A program made the position numbers and the translations under genes. DNA of 64,000 nucleotides from a virus: the IMG/VR virus record IMGVR_UViG_3300037189_005453, positions 15,517 through 79,516 of that record; one strand, written 5' to 3'. Positions 26,313 to 36,300 of this stretch are shown piece by piece. The notes beneath the pieces are model-generated. The model worked only from the letters and a program-made list of their open reading frames with translations, made no database searches and had not been told where the DNA came from. Each line of letters opens with the position of its first letter. Position 1 is the stretch's first letter.

Positions 26313-27559
26313 TACCAGGACACCCCATAAGTCGTGCAGAACTTACAGGAGATGTTGTCATCGTGAAAACAGCCCTTGTCCCACTTCCAGGTAATTGTGG
26401 TTGATTCGGGGGCGGAGTTTCGGGACTGTACTACGCGAAGGGTTCGCAGTTCGTCGTCTGTTTCAATTGGGTCAAGGCCCAGAATGACATCAGAGTCTTG
26501 GAAGAACGAGGACGAATAACCAATTGAGTCTGCAGAAACCTTTCCGCCCTTCATCTTCCATAGCAAAGTCTGGGTGGTGATGATTACGGGGATATCAAAC
26601 TTCTGAGCTACGCGCTTTAGACCACGAGTAATGTTTGTCAGGGCTTGAGGAGTGTTGGCTTCTCCAGTGACCTGGTCAAGCATCAGGTATACACCGTCAA
26701 CAATCAAGATGTCGGGAACCAGTTGATCTGCCTTGGCTACGAGAGAGTCGATTGTCAAACCGTTGACTGCGTCTACAAAGTGAAACGATTGAGCGGTTTG
26801 CATGGCGTCAAGGTGGGCCAGAAGACGGTCCTCCTCATCGGCCTTCAGCTTTCCCTGTCGGAGGTTTGCTGTTGAGATGTGAGCGCACATAGCGTTAAAG
26901 CGAAGCGCCTGCTCGTGATTATTCATCTCAAAGGACTGGAACAAAGGAACTTTTCCAGCAGCATGAACGTTGGCTGCAATGCGAAGAGCAATTTGAGACT
27001 TACCAGTCTTTGGTGGAGCAATAATGGTAATCAACTGCCCACCCTGCAAGCCAGCAGTTGCCTCATCGATCTTTTTAAATCCTGTGGGAAGTCCCAAGAG
27101 CTTGGAGTTCTGTACGTTCTCGTATTCTTCCCAGAACTTGTTAGGGTTCTCTGTTACATCGAGGTGACTTGTTCCTACGATGCCCTGCTCGTTGACAACG
27201 GCAAGAGCCTTACCCATTTCGAGAAGAGCGGCCTCGTGGTCATTTTGGTTCAGCTTCTCGACGATATCCTGCACACCATTACGGGTGAGTGTACGGCGAC
27301 GAAACTCAACCATCTTGTCGATGAGATAGTCAAGAGTGTCCTCAACCATGAGTGTCTTGAAGTTGGGGAAGTTGTCGTTGACTGCGACGGCCGTGGGGAC
27401 CTCGCGATACGTCGCGTAGTGCTCTCGAACAAACTTCCACACACGACGAAGGTCATCATCTACAATCCAGTCGTCTTTAACTCCCCGCTCGATGACGGGA
27501 ATGATATTGCGGTCAAGAATGACCTTACTTACGAGACGATACTCGTTATCTGCTGCCAT
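26312..27559 (-). CDS. dnaB: DnaB-like replicative helicase
   Basis: APPKTGKS, SFEM, IVDGVYLM, QDSD motifs. Confidence 0.92.
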   Translation of the reverse strand: MAADNEYRLVSKVILDRNIIPVIERGVKDDWIVDDDLRRVWKFVREHYATYREVPTAVAVNDNFPNFKTLMVEDTLDYLIDKMVEFRRRTLTRNGVQDIVEKLNQNDHEAALLEMGKALAVVNEQGIVGTSHLDVTENPNKFWEEYENVQNSKLLGLPTGFKKIDEATAGLQGGQLITIIAPPKTGKSQIALRIAANVHAAGKVPLFQSFEMNNHEQALRFNAMCAHISTANLRQGKLKADEEDRLLAHLDAMQTAQSFHFVDAVNGLTIDSLVAKADQLVPDILIVDGVYLMLDQVTGEANTPQALTNITRGLKRVAQKFDIPVIITTQTLLWKMKGGKVSADSIGYSSSFFQDSDVILGLDPIETDDELRTLRVVQSRNSAPESTTITWKWDKGCFHDDNISCKFCTTYGVSW

Positions 27560-27582
27560 GGTGTGCCCTCCATTACTTAAGT

Positions 27583-27996
27583 TTAAATGTTTTGTATTTC
27601 AATGCCCCAAGAGCCGAAGCGAGCGACTGTTCCTGGATTGGCGATAACGCCTTTGAAGTTTGCTTTGTACGGTAGTTCGTCAATCAGTTCTTGCAGATCG
27701 TCGTACAGGTAAGAATAATTAAAAGGGTTTCCACCACGGTTGTCAAGTTTGTCCATCATTTTGGACAAAGATCCCTCTGTCCACCCGAGATCTTCTGTGG
27801 CTGCTAGCTCAAGAGATAGACCATATTTGTAGGAGATGTCCCACAGGTGTTTAAGGTTTTCTTTGATCCACTTTGTTTTAGGAACCTGAACTTTACGAAG
27901 ACCCTTTCGTTCTTCTGAAAAAGTAACCTCTGCTACGACATCAACCATCACAACAAGTCGTGGCGGTGTTTCGTTGGAGATGTCTCCGTTAATCAA
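27583..27996 (-). CDS. hypothetical protein
   Basis: GAGG RBS, overlap with upstream gene. Confidence 0.65.
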   Translation of the reverse strand: MINGDISNETPPRLVVMVDVVAEVTFSEERKGLRKVQVPKTKWIKENLKHLWDISYKYGLSLELAATEDLGWTEGSLSKMMDKLDNRGGNPFNYSYLYDDLQELIDELPYKANFKGVIANPGTVARFGSWGIEIQNI

Positions 27997-28297
27997 TTAC
28001 CTCAACCTTGCCGTACTTGATAACAAAATCACGGAATGATTCGGCGCTCTTCATGGCAGCTATGGCGATGTTCTCATCAACATCTACGGGGATCTGGATT
28101 GAATAGTGGCCGTCGTTCTCTTCCATTGCGTCTTTTACAAACTTTATGTGCTTACACTTAGCAAGGCGCTGGAATCCTTGGCACGTGCAGCGAGCTTTGT
28201 TGTGGTTTTCTTGATCTACTTCAACCTCGACTACGCCGTAGTCTTCTAGAAACAGCTGTACGGTTCTCCACGCAATATCCATATTTACATCTTTCAT
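27989..28297 (-). CDS. SWIM-type zinc-finger protein
   Basis: RCTC...KCKHI. Confidence 0.75.
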   Translation of the reverse strand: MKDVNMDIAWRTVQLFLEDYGVVEVEVDQENHNKARCTCQGFQRLAKCKHIKFVKDAMEENDGHYSIQIPVDVDENIAIAAMKSAESFRDFVIKYGKVEVID

Positions 28298-29013
28298 TGT
28301 TTACGAAGGTCCTCTCCTATCATACGTACATGGTAGAAAGCTTCGTGGGCGAAACTTCCCATGGCTGCACCGTACTGGGCATCCCACTGTTCACGGGGGA
28401 TGTTGGTTGTCATTAAAGTAGGCAGTGACTTATCGTAGCGCGAGCGTAGGAGCTCGTCAAACGATGTGTCGTCGTACTTTGATCCGTACTCTTTACCGAC
28501 ATCATCAATTACCAGAAGGCGAACATTGAGACGGTCATCTTCGCAACGTCCATGAAAACCCTCCATCTCACGGAAGAGTTGGGCACGCGAGTCTGCGTCT
28601 GCGTCAATCAACGCTTTCTTACGAGACAAGAATTCTGGGAACGTCATGTAGTACGCAGGTCGTGCTGCCATCCCATACACCTCGGGAGACATGCCCAAGA
28701 TCTCTCGAGCGGCCTTGTCCTCGTTGGGCAGGTTTCGCAAAAACTCCATCAACGTGATAAGTGCAAGGGTTGTCTTGCCACGACCTGGCTTGCCGTCAAA
28801 CAAAATGCCTACGCCAGTAATGCCGATGTCGCCTGTGTTTTTGATAACAAGCCCGCTCAATGCTCGCTCATCCCAACGAGCAACCTCGTCAAGATAAGCA
28901 CCAACCTTGTCGGCAACGTCGGAGGGTTCTAGTCCCAGGAAGCGTTGAGGTATGTTTGCGCTACGAAGCCAGTGTCGTTTTAGTGATGACACTTCTTCAG
29001 GTGTGTAAGTCAT
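28294..29013 (-). CDS. DnaC/IstB-like helicase loader ATPase
   Basis: GKPGRGKT, LLVIDDVGKE, RY...PTLMTTN. Confidence 0.9.
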   Translation of the reverse strand: MTYTPEEVSSLKRHWLRSANIPQRFLGLEPSDVADKVGAYLDEVARWDERALSGLVIKNTGDIGITGVGILFDGKPGRGKTTLALITLMEFLRNLPNEDKAAREILGMSPEVYGMAARPAYYMTFPEFLSRKKALIDADADSRAQLFREMEGFHGRCEDDRLNVRLLVIDDVGKEYGSKYDDTSFDELLRSRYDKSLPTLMTTNIPREQWDAQYGAAMGSFAHEAFYHVRMIGEDLRKQ

Positions 29014-29033
29014 GATTCTCCTTTCATGATGAC

Positions 29034-29288
29034 TTAAAGTTTGGTGATGTCTGGTTTGGGGATATCCATATTACCAGTAGCTAGTCGGTAAGCAGCAAGT
29101 CCCTGCATGAGCGTGTCTTGAATCAACTTCTGCTGTTCGTCGATCTTATCTTGGACCTGCTTGTACTGTGCGAAAGTTAGCTCAGCTTTATTAGCTTCCA
29201 CCATTTCTACCGCAATGTCAAGGTTGGCCCAAGCCTTGGCGCAGTCCATCTGGGTCTGCTCCCACTCTTTGGTTGCTTTGTCGGTCAT
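29034..29288 (-). CDS. hypothetical protein
   Basis: AGGAGG RBS before MTDKATKEW. Confidence 0.7.
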   Translation of the reverse strand: MTDKATKEWEQTQMDCAKAWANLDIAVEMVEANKAELTFAQYKQVQDKIDEQQKLIQDTLMQGLAAYRLATGNMDIPKPDITKL

Positions 29289-29392
29289 TAGTGTCCTCCT
29301 ATCAAGGATATGATTGAGGAGCAAATAATTGCCCCAACGATTATTCCCGTTACAAATATGATGTTGAACCAGTCGGAATCTTTGTTATCCAT
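29288..29392 (-). CDS. 34-aa single-pass membrane peptide (not in ORF track)
   Basis: MDNKDSDWFNIIFVTGIIVGAIICSSIISLIGGH; overlaps both neighbours. Confidence 0.55.
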   Translation of the reverse strand: MDNKDSDWFNIIFVTGIIVGAIICSSIISLIGGH

Positions 29393-30269
29393 TTTTGAGT
29401 TTCTTTTCATAATAGTCAAGGTTGGCTCGACCAGAAAGAGACTTGTCAAATCGAGTTCCATCTGAGGCGTACAGGTACTCGATAGACTCGGCCAGTTCGA
29501 TGGCGGATCCGATAGTAACCTCAGTGCGGATAGAACCGATGTTGTTTGTAAAGTACGCCAGGAAAATACCGATGGTGTTACGTGGGCTCTTTTTTATCAG
29601 GTTGATGTTTCGCTGGTCACCAAAGAACTTCTCAATAATTGCAAGTTCGTGCTCAGCAGTGATGTCGTACTTCTTGCGGTTCATGGCTAGCACTCCGCGA
29701 AGCTTCATTGTGTTCACCAGGTTTGGCACTCCGCGAACATTGTCGTAGAGCCGTGAAGCAAACTCACAGGCTACGTCCATGGCTGTCCACTCTGCCTGTG
29801 GGCGTACAAAGCGGGTCTTGGGGTCTGCCTTGCTTACTTTCTCGGTTGAGATTGTTGGTTCGTCTAGTAATCCAAATGACATTTGGTCTTCATCCTCTTC
29901 TTTCCATTTGTTGACCATGATTTCCTTCCCCGCGCCATCGGCGCGGAAAGAATACGAAGTATTCTTTACTATGACTAACTTAGTACTTTGGTTAATGTAG
30001 TCATTATTGTTACCTTGGTCAGCTGTTGATGTTTCAAAGTTTAGCACCTTGTATCGATTCTTGTAAAGCCGCCCCAGGTTACGCTTGGTGCGCGTTGTTT
30101 CTACGAGTCCGCGATCAGTCAACACGGTCAGAGCACGCCAAAGTGTGGTGCGGCTCATGCCCGTCATTTCTGACAACTCGTCCATCGTGAGACGGGTCTC
30201 TCCCCATCGGTCTTTCTTATCTGAAAGAACCGTCAGCAAAGACATCTCACGGCGTTTTAATCCGTGAAT
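29385..30269 (-). CDS. replication initiator (N-terminal winged HTH), probable ATT start
   Basis: LTMDELSEMTGMSRTTLWRALTVL...NRY HTH, upstream of DnaC-like loader; AGGAGG 5 nt before in-frame ATT 30269. Confidence 0.75.
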   Translation of the reverse strand: MHGLKRREMSLLTVLSDKKDRWGETRLTMDELSEMTGMSRTTLWRALTVLTDRGLVETTRTKRNLGRLYKNRYKVLNFETSTADQGNNNDYINQSTKLVIVKNTSYSFRADGAGKEIMVNKWKEEDEDQMSFGLLDEPTISTEKVSKADPKTRFVRPQAEWTAMDVACEFASRLYDNVRGVPNLVNTMKLRGVLAMNRKKYDITAEHELAIIEKFFGDQRNINLIKKSPRNTIGIFLAYFTNNIGSIRTEVTIGSAIELAESIEYLYASDGTRFDKSLSGRANLDYYEKKLKNG

Positions 30270-30282
30270 GTGATCCTCCTGA

Positions 30283-30549
30283 TTAACGTTTGATGTTAAC
30301 TATAGAGGCTCGCTCCAACAAAATCAACAAGGCGTTTGAAAAAAATCCTGCGGCGAGTGTGACGACGACATCGCTAGGCCACGGGACGCCGAGAAGATAG
30401 GTTGCTCCAAAGGCAAGTGGGATCGTTAGCCAAAGGCGAACTGCTCGAGGAGACAGCCACCAAAGCCAAGATCCAAGAGTGTTGTTAATAAACTCAATCG
30501 TAAAAGCCGTGGCTAGTCCAGCCACAATAGTCCAAATTAAAACATCCAT
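30283..30549 (-). CDS. small multi-pass membrane protein
   Basis: About three hydrophobic segments in 88 aa. Confidence 0.6.
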   Translation of the reverse strand: MDVLIWTIVAGLATAFTIEFINNTLGSWLWWLSPRAVRLWLTIPLAFGATYLLGVPWPSDVVVTLAAGFFSNALLILLERASIVNIKR

Positions 30550-30561
30550 GCGGACATCTTA

Positions 30562-32763
30562 CTACGAGATTCCTCCGACGTATGGTCCTTTGTACGTGTC
30601 GATGTAATACGGTGTTCCAAAACCGATATAACTTTCGATCTCTGTTTTGAGGCGTCCCAATCGAACAGACCTGGCTGGGTAGTTTCCAGAGTATGCCGCA
30701 CTGGCAGCGTCTCCTTGCCACTCACTTCCACTACCTGTCAGATAACCGTCAAAGTAATCAGTAGGAACGTTTGACTGCTCAAATTGCGCAGCGTCAAAGT
30801 AAACAACGCTGTTATTGGCGGGCGTAGTTGTCGATTGTACATAGAGGAGGGCTTGGGTAGCGTTGGCGGGCGCTTTACCGCTGATTGAAAGTCGTGTCCA
30901 CCCTGTAGTTGAAGGGGTTACCTCCGCGCTAGTCATTGTGCCACCAGCTGTAGTGATAAGCGTTGTTCCGTTGTAGAACTTTACGCTCACCGTATACTTA
31001 GCAGCAGTGTTTGCGTCTTTAACGTAAATAGATCCTGAGTAATAGTTCCCTACAGTTACGGGAATATAATCAGACGCGTATGCCGTAAGTACCCCAGATC
31101 CATTGGACGTTGCCGAAAGACAGGTAGTTCCAGTAAATGCGGTTGTTGCCACTTGCGCTAACGAGGCGTTGGTCCCAGCCCAACCTGTTGTATTTACTAG
31201 AAAACTTGGGTTTTTAATGTAGTTAATTTTTGACGGAGCAAGAGTGATGATAACTCCGCGAGGTTCCTGATACGAGGTTGCTGTTGATGATTGCTCGAAC
31301 TGAACCATGTCTATATACATAGGATAATTTTGGCTTACAAAAGTAACGACAATACCCACATAGACGGCGTTAGTTGGGGCAGTTACGTTTTCTACTTTGT
31401 ACTGTGCCCATCCACCCTCAATAGTTACAGATCCACTACTGCTGCTGATATAGAGGCCGCGTTTGTCATACCACTTTACTTCCACCGTGGTGTTGTCTAC
31501 GTCAGACCCCTCAGTTTCGGCACCTTCTTTTGCGTACATAGAGAAGCTGTATGAAAGACCTGCAGTTACTGGTACACCCCGATTAATGGGGTCTACTGTA
31601 CCCAAAGCTATTGCTTGGTTTGTAGCTGACGGGTTGATCTTGGCGCAATAAACCGTGTCTAAGGTCCTCAGAACCGTGGAAGAAGTTAGGGGTTCTTGGT
31701 CGGAAACAACAGACAAAGAAACATTGGATGTTGTAGTTGTCCAGTTACCCACGGGAGGAAGAGATGTGCTGTTAGTTACCGCAGAGTTATACCTGTCTTG
31801 CCAATCTTGAATATCAAACGTAGAGTCTTCATGCGACAGCAGCAAGTTAACTGTGTCTGACAAAGTTGCTGCATAGCCAGTCATGCTTTGTACCAGCAAC
31901 TGAAGTCCAGGAGTAGTTCCCTTTTCAGAGTAGATCTGTACTGCGTTCCTAAGAAGAAGTCGCTGAGTGTTAGTCACTGTCTCCACATCTTGGGTCATGC
32001 CCAGTTCTTGGGATCCAAGATAAACAGACATTGGGGCAGAGTAGTGAAGAGAAACGCTAGGGGCAATAAGCTGCGTAAAGGTCATGAACTCATCAAGAGT
32101 AAAAGAAAACGCAGACAAGAAGGTAGAGATTAACGAGTTGTCTTTATAACCAGTGTTGTCCGCGTATCGGTCATAAGTATTATTGACGACATCTGTACCA
32201 CTGTTTGTAGAGGTGGTAATAACTCTGGGAAGAGTTTCCATGAAACGATCATGGGTTGTAGAAAGGGTGGGAATTAAACTCGCGTTGTTATAGACGTACG
32301 CATCACCAGTAACGTACGTCGGCTTTCCCGTAGACGTAATCTTTGAGACACTGTATTTTGCGTCACGTCCAATTCCCAGAGTGTGTGGGGAGGGTACGAG
32401 GGTAAACGCGTCTCCAGCCTGAACCCAGTCTGAGGTGCTAGTTAGCTGCACCCAGGTTCGATAAAAAGTAAACCTACCAGGAACTAAAGGAGCTGTTAGG
32501 TTTGAGGAGGTGTCGTTGATTAGCGATGTAGTGGGTGCTCCCACCGATGAGTAAATGATCACACCGTCTTCTTGAGTTTGCGGGTACCCACGTTGGCTGC
32601 GCACTACTCGAAAGTTTGAGTAAGAACCCGAAGGAGTATTCCAAGAAACTTCTACCGTCGAGTAATCTATGGCAGTGGCCGTCACTGGCCTAGCGGAAAA
32701 CGCTAGAGGGCTTTTGGTTCCGTAGTATCCAGTGCTGTAGTAAAACTCATTATAAATAGGCAT
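30562..32763 (-). CDS. baseplate wedge protein (P2 gpI-like core) with FN3-like and carbohydrate-binding-like domains
   Basis: LLRNAVQIYSEKGT..GL motif; NYIKNPSF and YFDAAQFEQ CBM-like repeats. Confidence 0.75.
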   Translation of the reverse strand: MPIYNEFYYSTGYYGTKSPLAFSARPVTATAIDYSTVEVSWNTPSGSYSNFRVVRSQRGYPQTQEDGVIIYSSVGAPTTSLINDTSSNLTAPLVPGRFTFYRTWVQLTSTSDWVQAGDAFTLVPSPHTLGIGRDAKYSVSKITSTGKPTYVTGDAYVYNNASLIPTLSTTHDRFMETLPRVITTSTNSGTDVVNNTYDRYADNTGYKDNSLISTFLSAFSFTLDEFMTFTQLIAPSVSLHYSAPMSVYLGSQELGMTQDVETVTNTQRLLLRNAVQIYSEKGTTPGLQLLVQSMTGYAATLSDTVNLLLSHEDSTFDIQDWQDRYNSAVTNSTSLPPVGNWTTTTSNVSLSVVSDQEPLTSSTVLRTLDTVYCAKINPSATNQAIALGTVDPINRGVPVTAGLSYSFSMYAKEGAETEGSDVDNTTVEVKWYDKRGLYISSSSGSVTIEGGWAQYKVENVTAPTNAVYVGIVVTFVSQNYPMYIDMVQFEQSSTATSYQEPRGVIITLAPSKINYIKNPSFLVNTTGWAGTNASLAQVATTAFTGTTCLSATSNGSGVLTAYASDYIPVTVGNYYSGSIYVKDANTAAKYTVSVKFYNGTTLITTAGGTMTSAEVTPSTTGWTRLSISGKAPANATQALLYVQSTTTPANNSVVYFDAAQFEQSNVPTDYFDGYLTGSGSEWQGDAASAAYSGNYPARSVRLGRLKTEIESYIGFGTPYYIDTYKGPYVGGIS

Positions 32764-32767
32764 TTAA

Positions 32768-32995
32768 TTACGGTGTCCCGCCATCAATTCCCGAAGAAAA
32801 GGAAGATACGGTGTTCTGGAGTGACGCCAAGGCCGCAGTAACTCCGCCCGTGCTGGTAAGGTCACTATAGGTCCCAAGCTGCTTCTGGATGGCAGTGATC
32901 TCGTCATAAGCCGTGTTTACGTCAGAAGCAACAACTTTGTCCTGGTTGTCTACTTTATACGTAAAAGATTTTACTGATGCTGGGTAACTTGCCAT
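32768..32995 (-). CDS. short tail-fibre-like protein
   Basis: MASYPASV...VASDVN...EITAIQKQLG; ends IDGGTP. Confidence 0.55.
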   Translation of the reverse strand: MASYPASVKSFTYKVDNQDKVVASDVNTAYDEITAIQKQLGTYSDLTSTGGVTAALASLQNTVSSFSSGIDGGTP

Positions 32996-33010
32996 AATAA
33001 CTCCTAAAGA

Positions 33011-33325
33011 TTAGGCACTTCCACCATCTATTGTACTAGATGAGGTAGTTGCTGTGGATATAGTTGAGGCAAGGTTGTCTGTAAAGCTACCGTGCCAAAT
33101 AGGATAAGACGGATCTCCGCCTTCAAACTGCACCCAGACCCCTTGGCCAGGTTTAGGGATTGAAGAAACAAATCCCACGGGCCAAGCCCACTGCGTCTCG
33201 TTGTTAGCTAAGATTTGTGGTACTTGGACCTTAACCCTGTTTTTGCTTAGTGGGTCTTGAACGTTTGATACGATTCCTCGGTAAACACCAAAGAAGCGTG
33301 TATTACCATAAGAATCTTTTATCAT
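33011..33325 (-). CDS. baseplate spike protein (gp5/gpV OB-fold)
   Basis: YRGIV...DP...RVKVQVP...WAWP...P..GQGVWVQFEGGDPSYPIWHG. Confidence 0.9.
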   Translation of the reverse strand: MIKDSYGNTRFFGVYRGIVSNVQDPLSKNRVKVQVPQILANNETQWAWPVGFVSSIPKPGQGVWVQFEGGDPSYPIWHGSFTDNLASTISTATTSSSTIDGGSA

Positions 33326-36300
33326 GACGTGGCAACCGATACCTTAAACTTGTACGAGTTAACAGTGACGCCGTCTTGTGCAGTAACAACAATGATAAGT
33401 GTTGTATCGGGAACTTTAAGGTTGGAAACGGTGTAGGTAGTAGTTCCTCCAACCGTAGCCTCCGTAGCAATGTTGTCATTAACAGAGACTGATGCCAGCG
33501 CGTCATTGGTACTAGCCACAATGTTAATCTTGGCACTGTTGTAAGGCAAGGCCAAGGTGTACGAGTAAACTCCCGAGTTAATTGTCGGACTAATTGTTCC
33601 AGCTCCCAAAGACGTACCCGAGCTGTCATAAGCCGTAATTGTTACAGGAGCAATCAGGTTAGCATTTGTACTTGTGGCAGTAATTCCAATATCTGAACCT
33701 GAGAATACAAATAGCTCATATGGATCTCCAATCAAGCTGTTACGCCCATTTCCACCATCACGGTAGAGGCCAACAACTCGAGCATTTGCAACCCCGTCAA
33801 CCTGACGAATCTTAAACTCAACTTCTTCTGGAGTAATAACATCAGCAAAAGTCAAGTTGTCATATGAGAATGAGTCGAGAATAGACTGCTTAATTGCAGT
33901 TTCTACAAGACCCTGGTTGTACTGAGGAAGAAGGCTGTACTGAAGCTCTACGTGAATAGGACTGTAAACTGGCTCAAGGACAGTGACCGTTGTTCCAATC
34001 TGCTTCTTTGAAGCAAGGTAATCTGCTACGTAGCCTTTGTACTGTGCCATTGCTGTAGTTGCGATGCCAGCATCATCAACGCCAGGAGTTGTTTCTCCTC
34101 CAGAGGTGGGAGCAATGTAGATTGTTACTGAGCTTCGAGAATTGGCAACTGCGTTAGCCTTTACAATTCCATCAACAGACAGCGCCAGGTTTGAGAAGTC
34201 CTCGAGAGTAACCGCACGGTTAAGGGCTCGAAGGCTCTTGGGGGCATTGTAACGAATAGAGTCGTTACTCTCAGGATCAGCCCCACCGACTGCCGCAGCC
34301 GTGTTTGTAACAGTCATACTGTTCTTAATCGTGTCCGAGTTTACGCCCACAACACTGTTCCACGTAGTAAGCGAGCCCGCAGAAACGTTGCCGATTGCTC
34401 CTCCACCAGCAAAATAGACTGCTTTAATCCCTGAGTCACGGTTTGGAATCATTCCCGAAATTCCATCACCAAAAGTTGCACGAACCTCTCCAGAAGCAAG
34501 CACGTCAACTTGAAAAACCTTTGAGGAAGGCGTGTAGTCATTCACGTGCTCAACTTGCAGCCACTCTTCCCAAGAAATGCTGGTATCTACAAATACACGG
34601 ACGTCTCGTGTCGCTACCTCAACTTCTTTTAGTGCAAAAGATTGGTCCGCAGATCCATCTGAAAAACCAAGAAGTTCACCAGCAATGTCGTATGGCTTTG
34701 CCACCGAATTGGCGGCGTTTTCGGTACGCAAAGACACGTCTTCTCCGTGGCGAGCCAAGACAGACGCCGATGAACGGAAAGGAACAGAGAGATCAGAAAG
34801 AGTAGAGAAGATAATCTGCTTTGTTACTCCTTCAACGGTCACGTTTGTACTTACTTGAGTTCCTTTGGGAACAATCGTTGACCCAACGGCAGTGACGTAT
34901 GGCCCACTTGTAACAAGGGTAGGAATGTTTGCATAAACAATTTCTCCACCAGAAGTGTATGTTCCTCCAACAACAGGTGTAGCCAAAGCGTTTGTCGAGG
35001 AAGCCCATGATCCAGAGAAACCAGAGGGCTTTGCAATTGTAAAGTACTCAGAAACAGCGGATCCGCTTGAACGGCATTCGCCAAAAACATTTGCACCTCC
35101 GATAGTAAAGCTGTACATAGTTGCTGTTGGACTGGTTGAATTAACTGCGTCGTATGTCTGGGTCCAGTAACCTTCTACAACAAACGAAGTGGGTGTAGGA
35201 ACTGCGAGGATTTTTGCAGCAACAAGATTGTAGACGTTAGTGCTTGTAACTGTTGTGTCGGCAAGGTTAGCGACACCAGTGATCGTCACGTAGTCATTTG
35301 TCAAGAAACTGTGAGTAGAAGAAGTCTGGAAAGTAATTCTTCCCGAACTGGGCGACGCACCTACAACACTGTTGATTGTAAAAGGAACTGTTCCCACAGC
35401 CGTAATGGTTTGGTCTGTAAGGTTGTACCCAAGATCATCTTGTGCAACCTCGTTACCAGCGCTAGCAATACTTCGAGTGGTAACGTAGTCTCCTACTGCA
35501 AATGCTTGGCTAACATAATACGTGGGAACGCCAGTAGTGACCGTTGCCCTAGAAACAATTGCTTCAACATTTTTTCTAGAAGTGATCACCTTGTTAGCCA
35601 GGTTAAAAAGCGTTCCAGCTACGGTAGCTGAAGCGGTTGCTCCTGTAACAGAACCTCCAGTGGCGCTGTTTAATACGGTGAACTGACTAGATGTCGCCGT
35701 GTTTACAAGTACGTTCGTGAGGTTGAAAGCGGTAGTAGAAAGGCCTGTAACGCTAACTGTCTGGCCAGCAGCAAAAGAGTTTGTTGCTGTGTAGGTTACG
35801 GTTGGAAGTTGGATTGTAGCCGTCGCTGTTGCACCAGTGACTCCAGCTCCTGTTGCAGAGTTTGTGACAGTGAACTGCGTACTAGACGCCGTAGCAATTT
35901 GCACGTTAGTGAGGTTAAATGCGGTTGTGGAAATCCCTGTAATGCTTACGTACTGGCCGTTAGTGAATGAGTTATTGGCGGTATAAGTTACAGTCCCTCC
36001 AGCGGCAGAAGCAGCTGTGACCGTTGCTGTGACTGAAGACGCGGTATATCCAGCCGAAGCAGCAGTTACCGTTGCGGTTTTGTCTACAAATCCTGTAATT
36101 GTTACCGTTTCTCCCGTAACAAAGCCGTTCCAAGCAGAGTACATGAGGTAATCGGTTCCAGAAATGGTGGTTACCTTAGCGCTACTAATGCTTGCATCGG
36201 TACTGAAACTCGTGATGGGATCTACGTAAGTTGTTCGGATGTAAACCTGCAAAGGAGTAGTGGAAGTTTCTGGAGTAACTGAGTCAATAACCCAGATTCC

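Noticed and set aside
17811-27559. Inteins or introns in recA, polA or the helicases
   Set aside because: ORFs are continuous, of ordinary length, with no splicing motifs recognised.
26879-27580. Long + strand ORFs opposite conserved genes (e.g. 233 aa here, 201 aa at 41404, 182 aa at 36937)
   Set aside because: Antisense shadows of well-supported genes, with no RBS or motifs.
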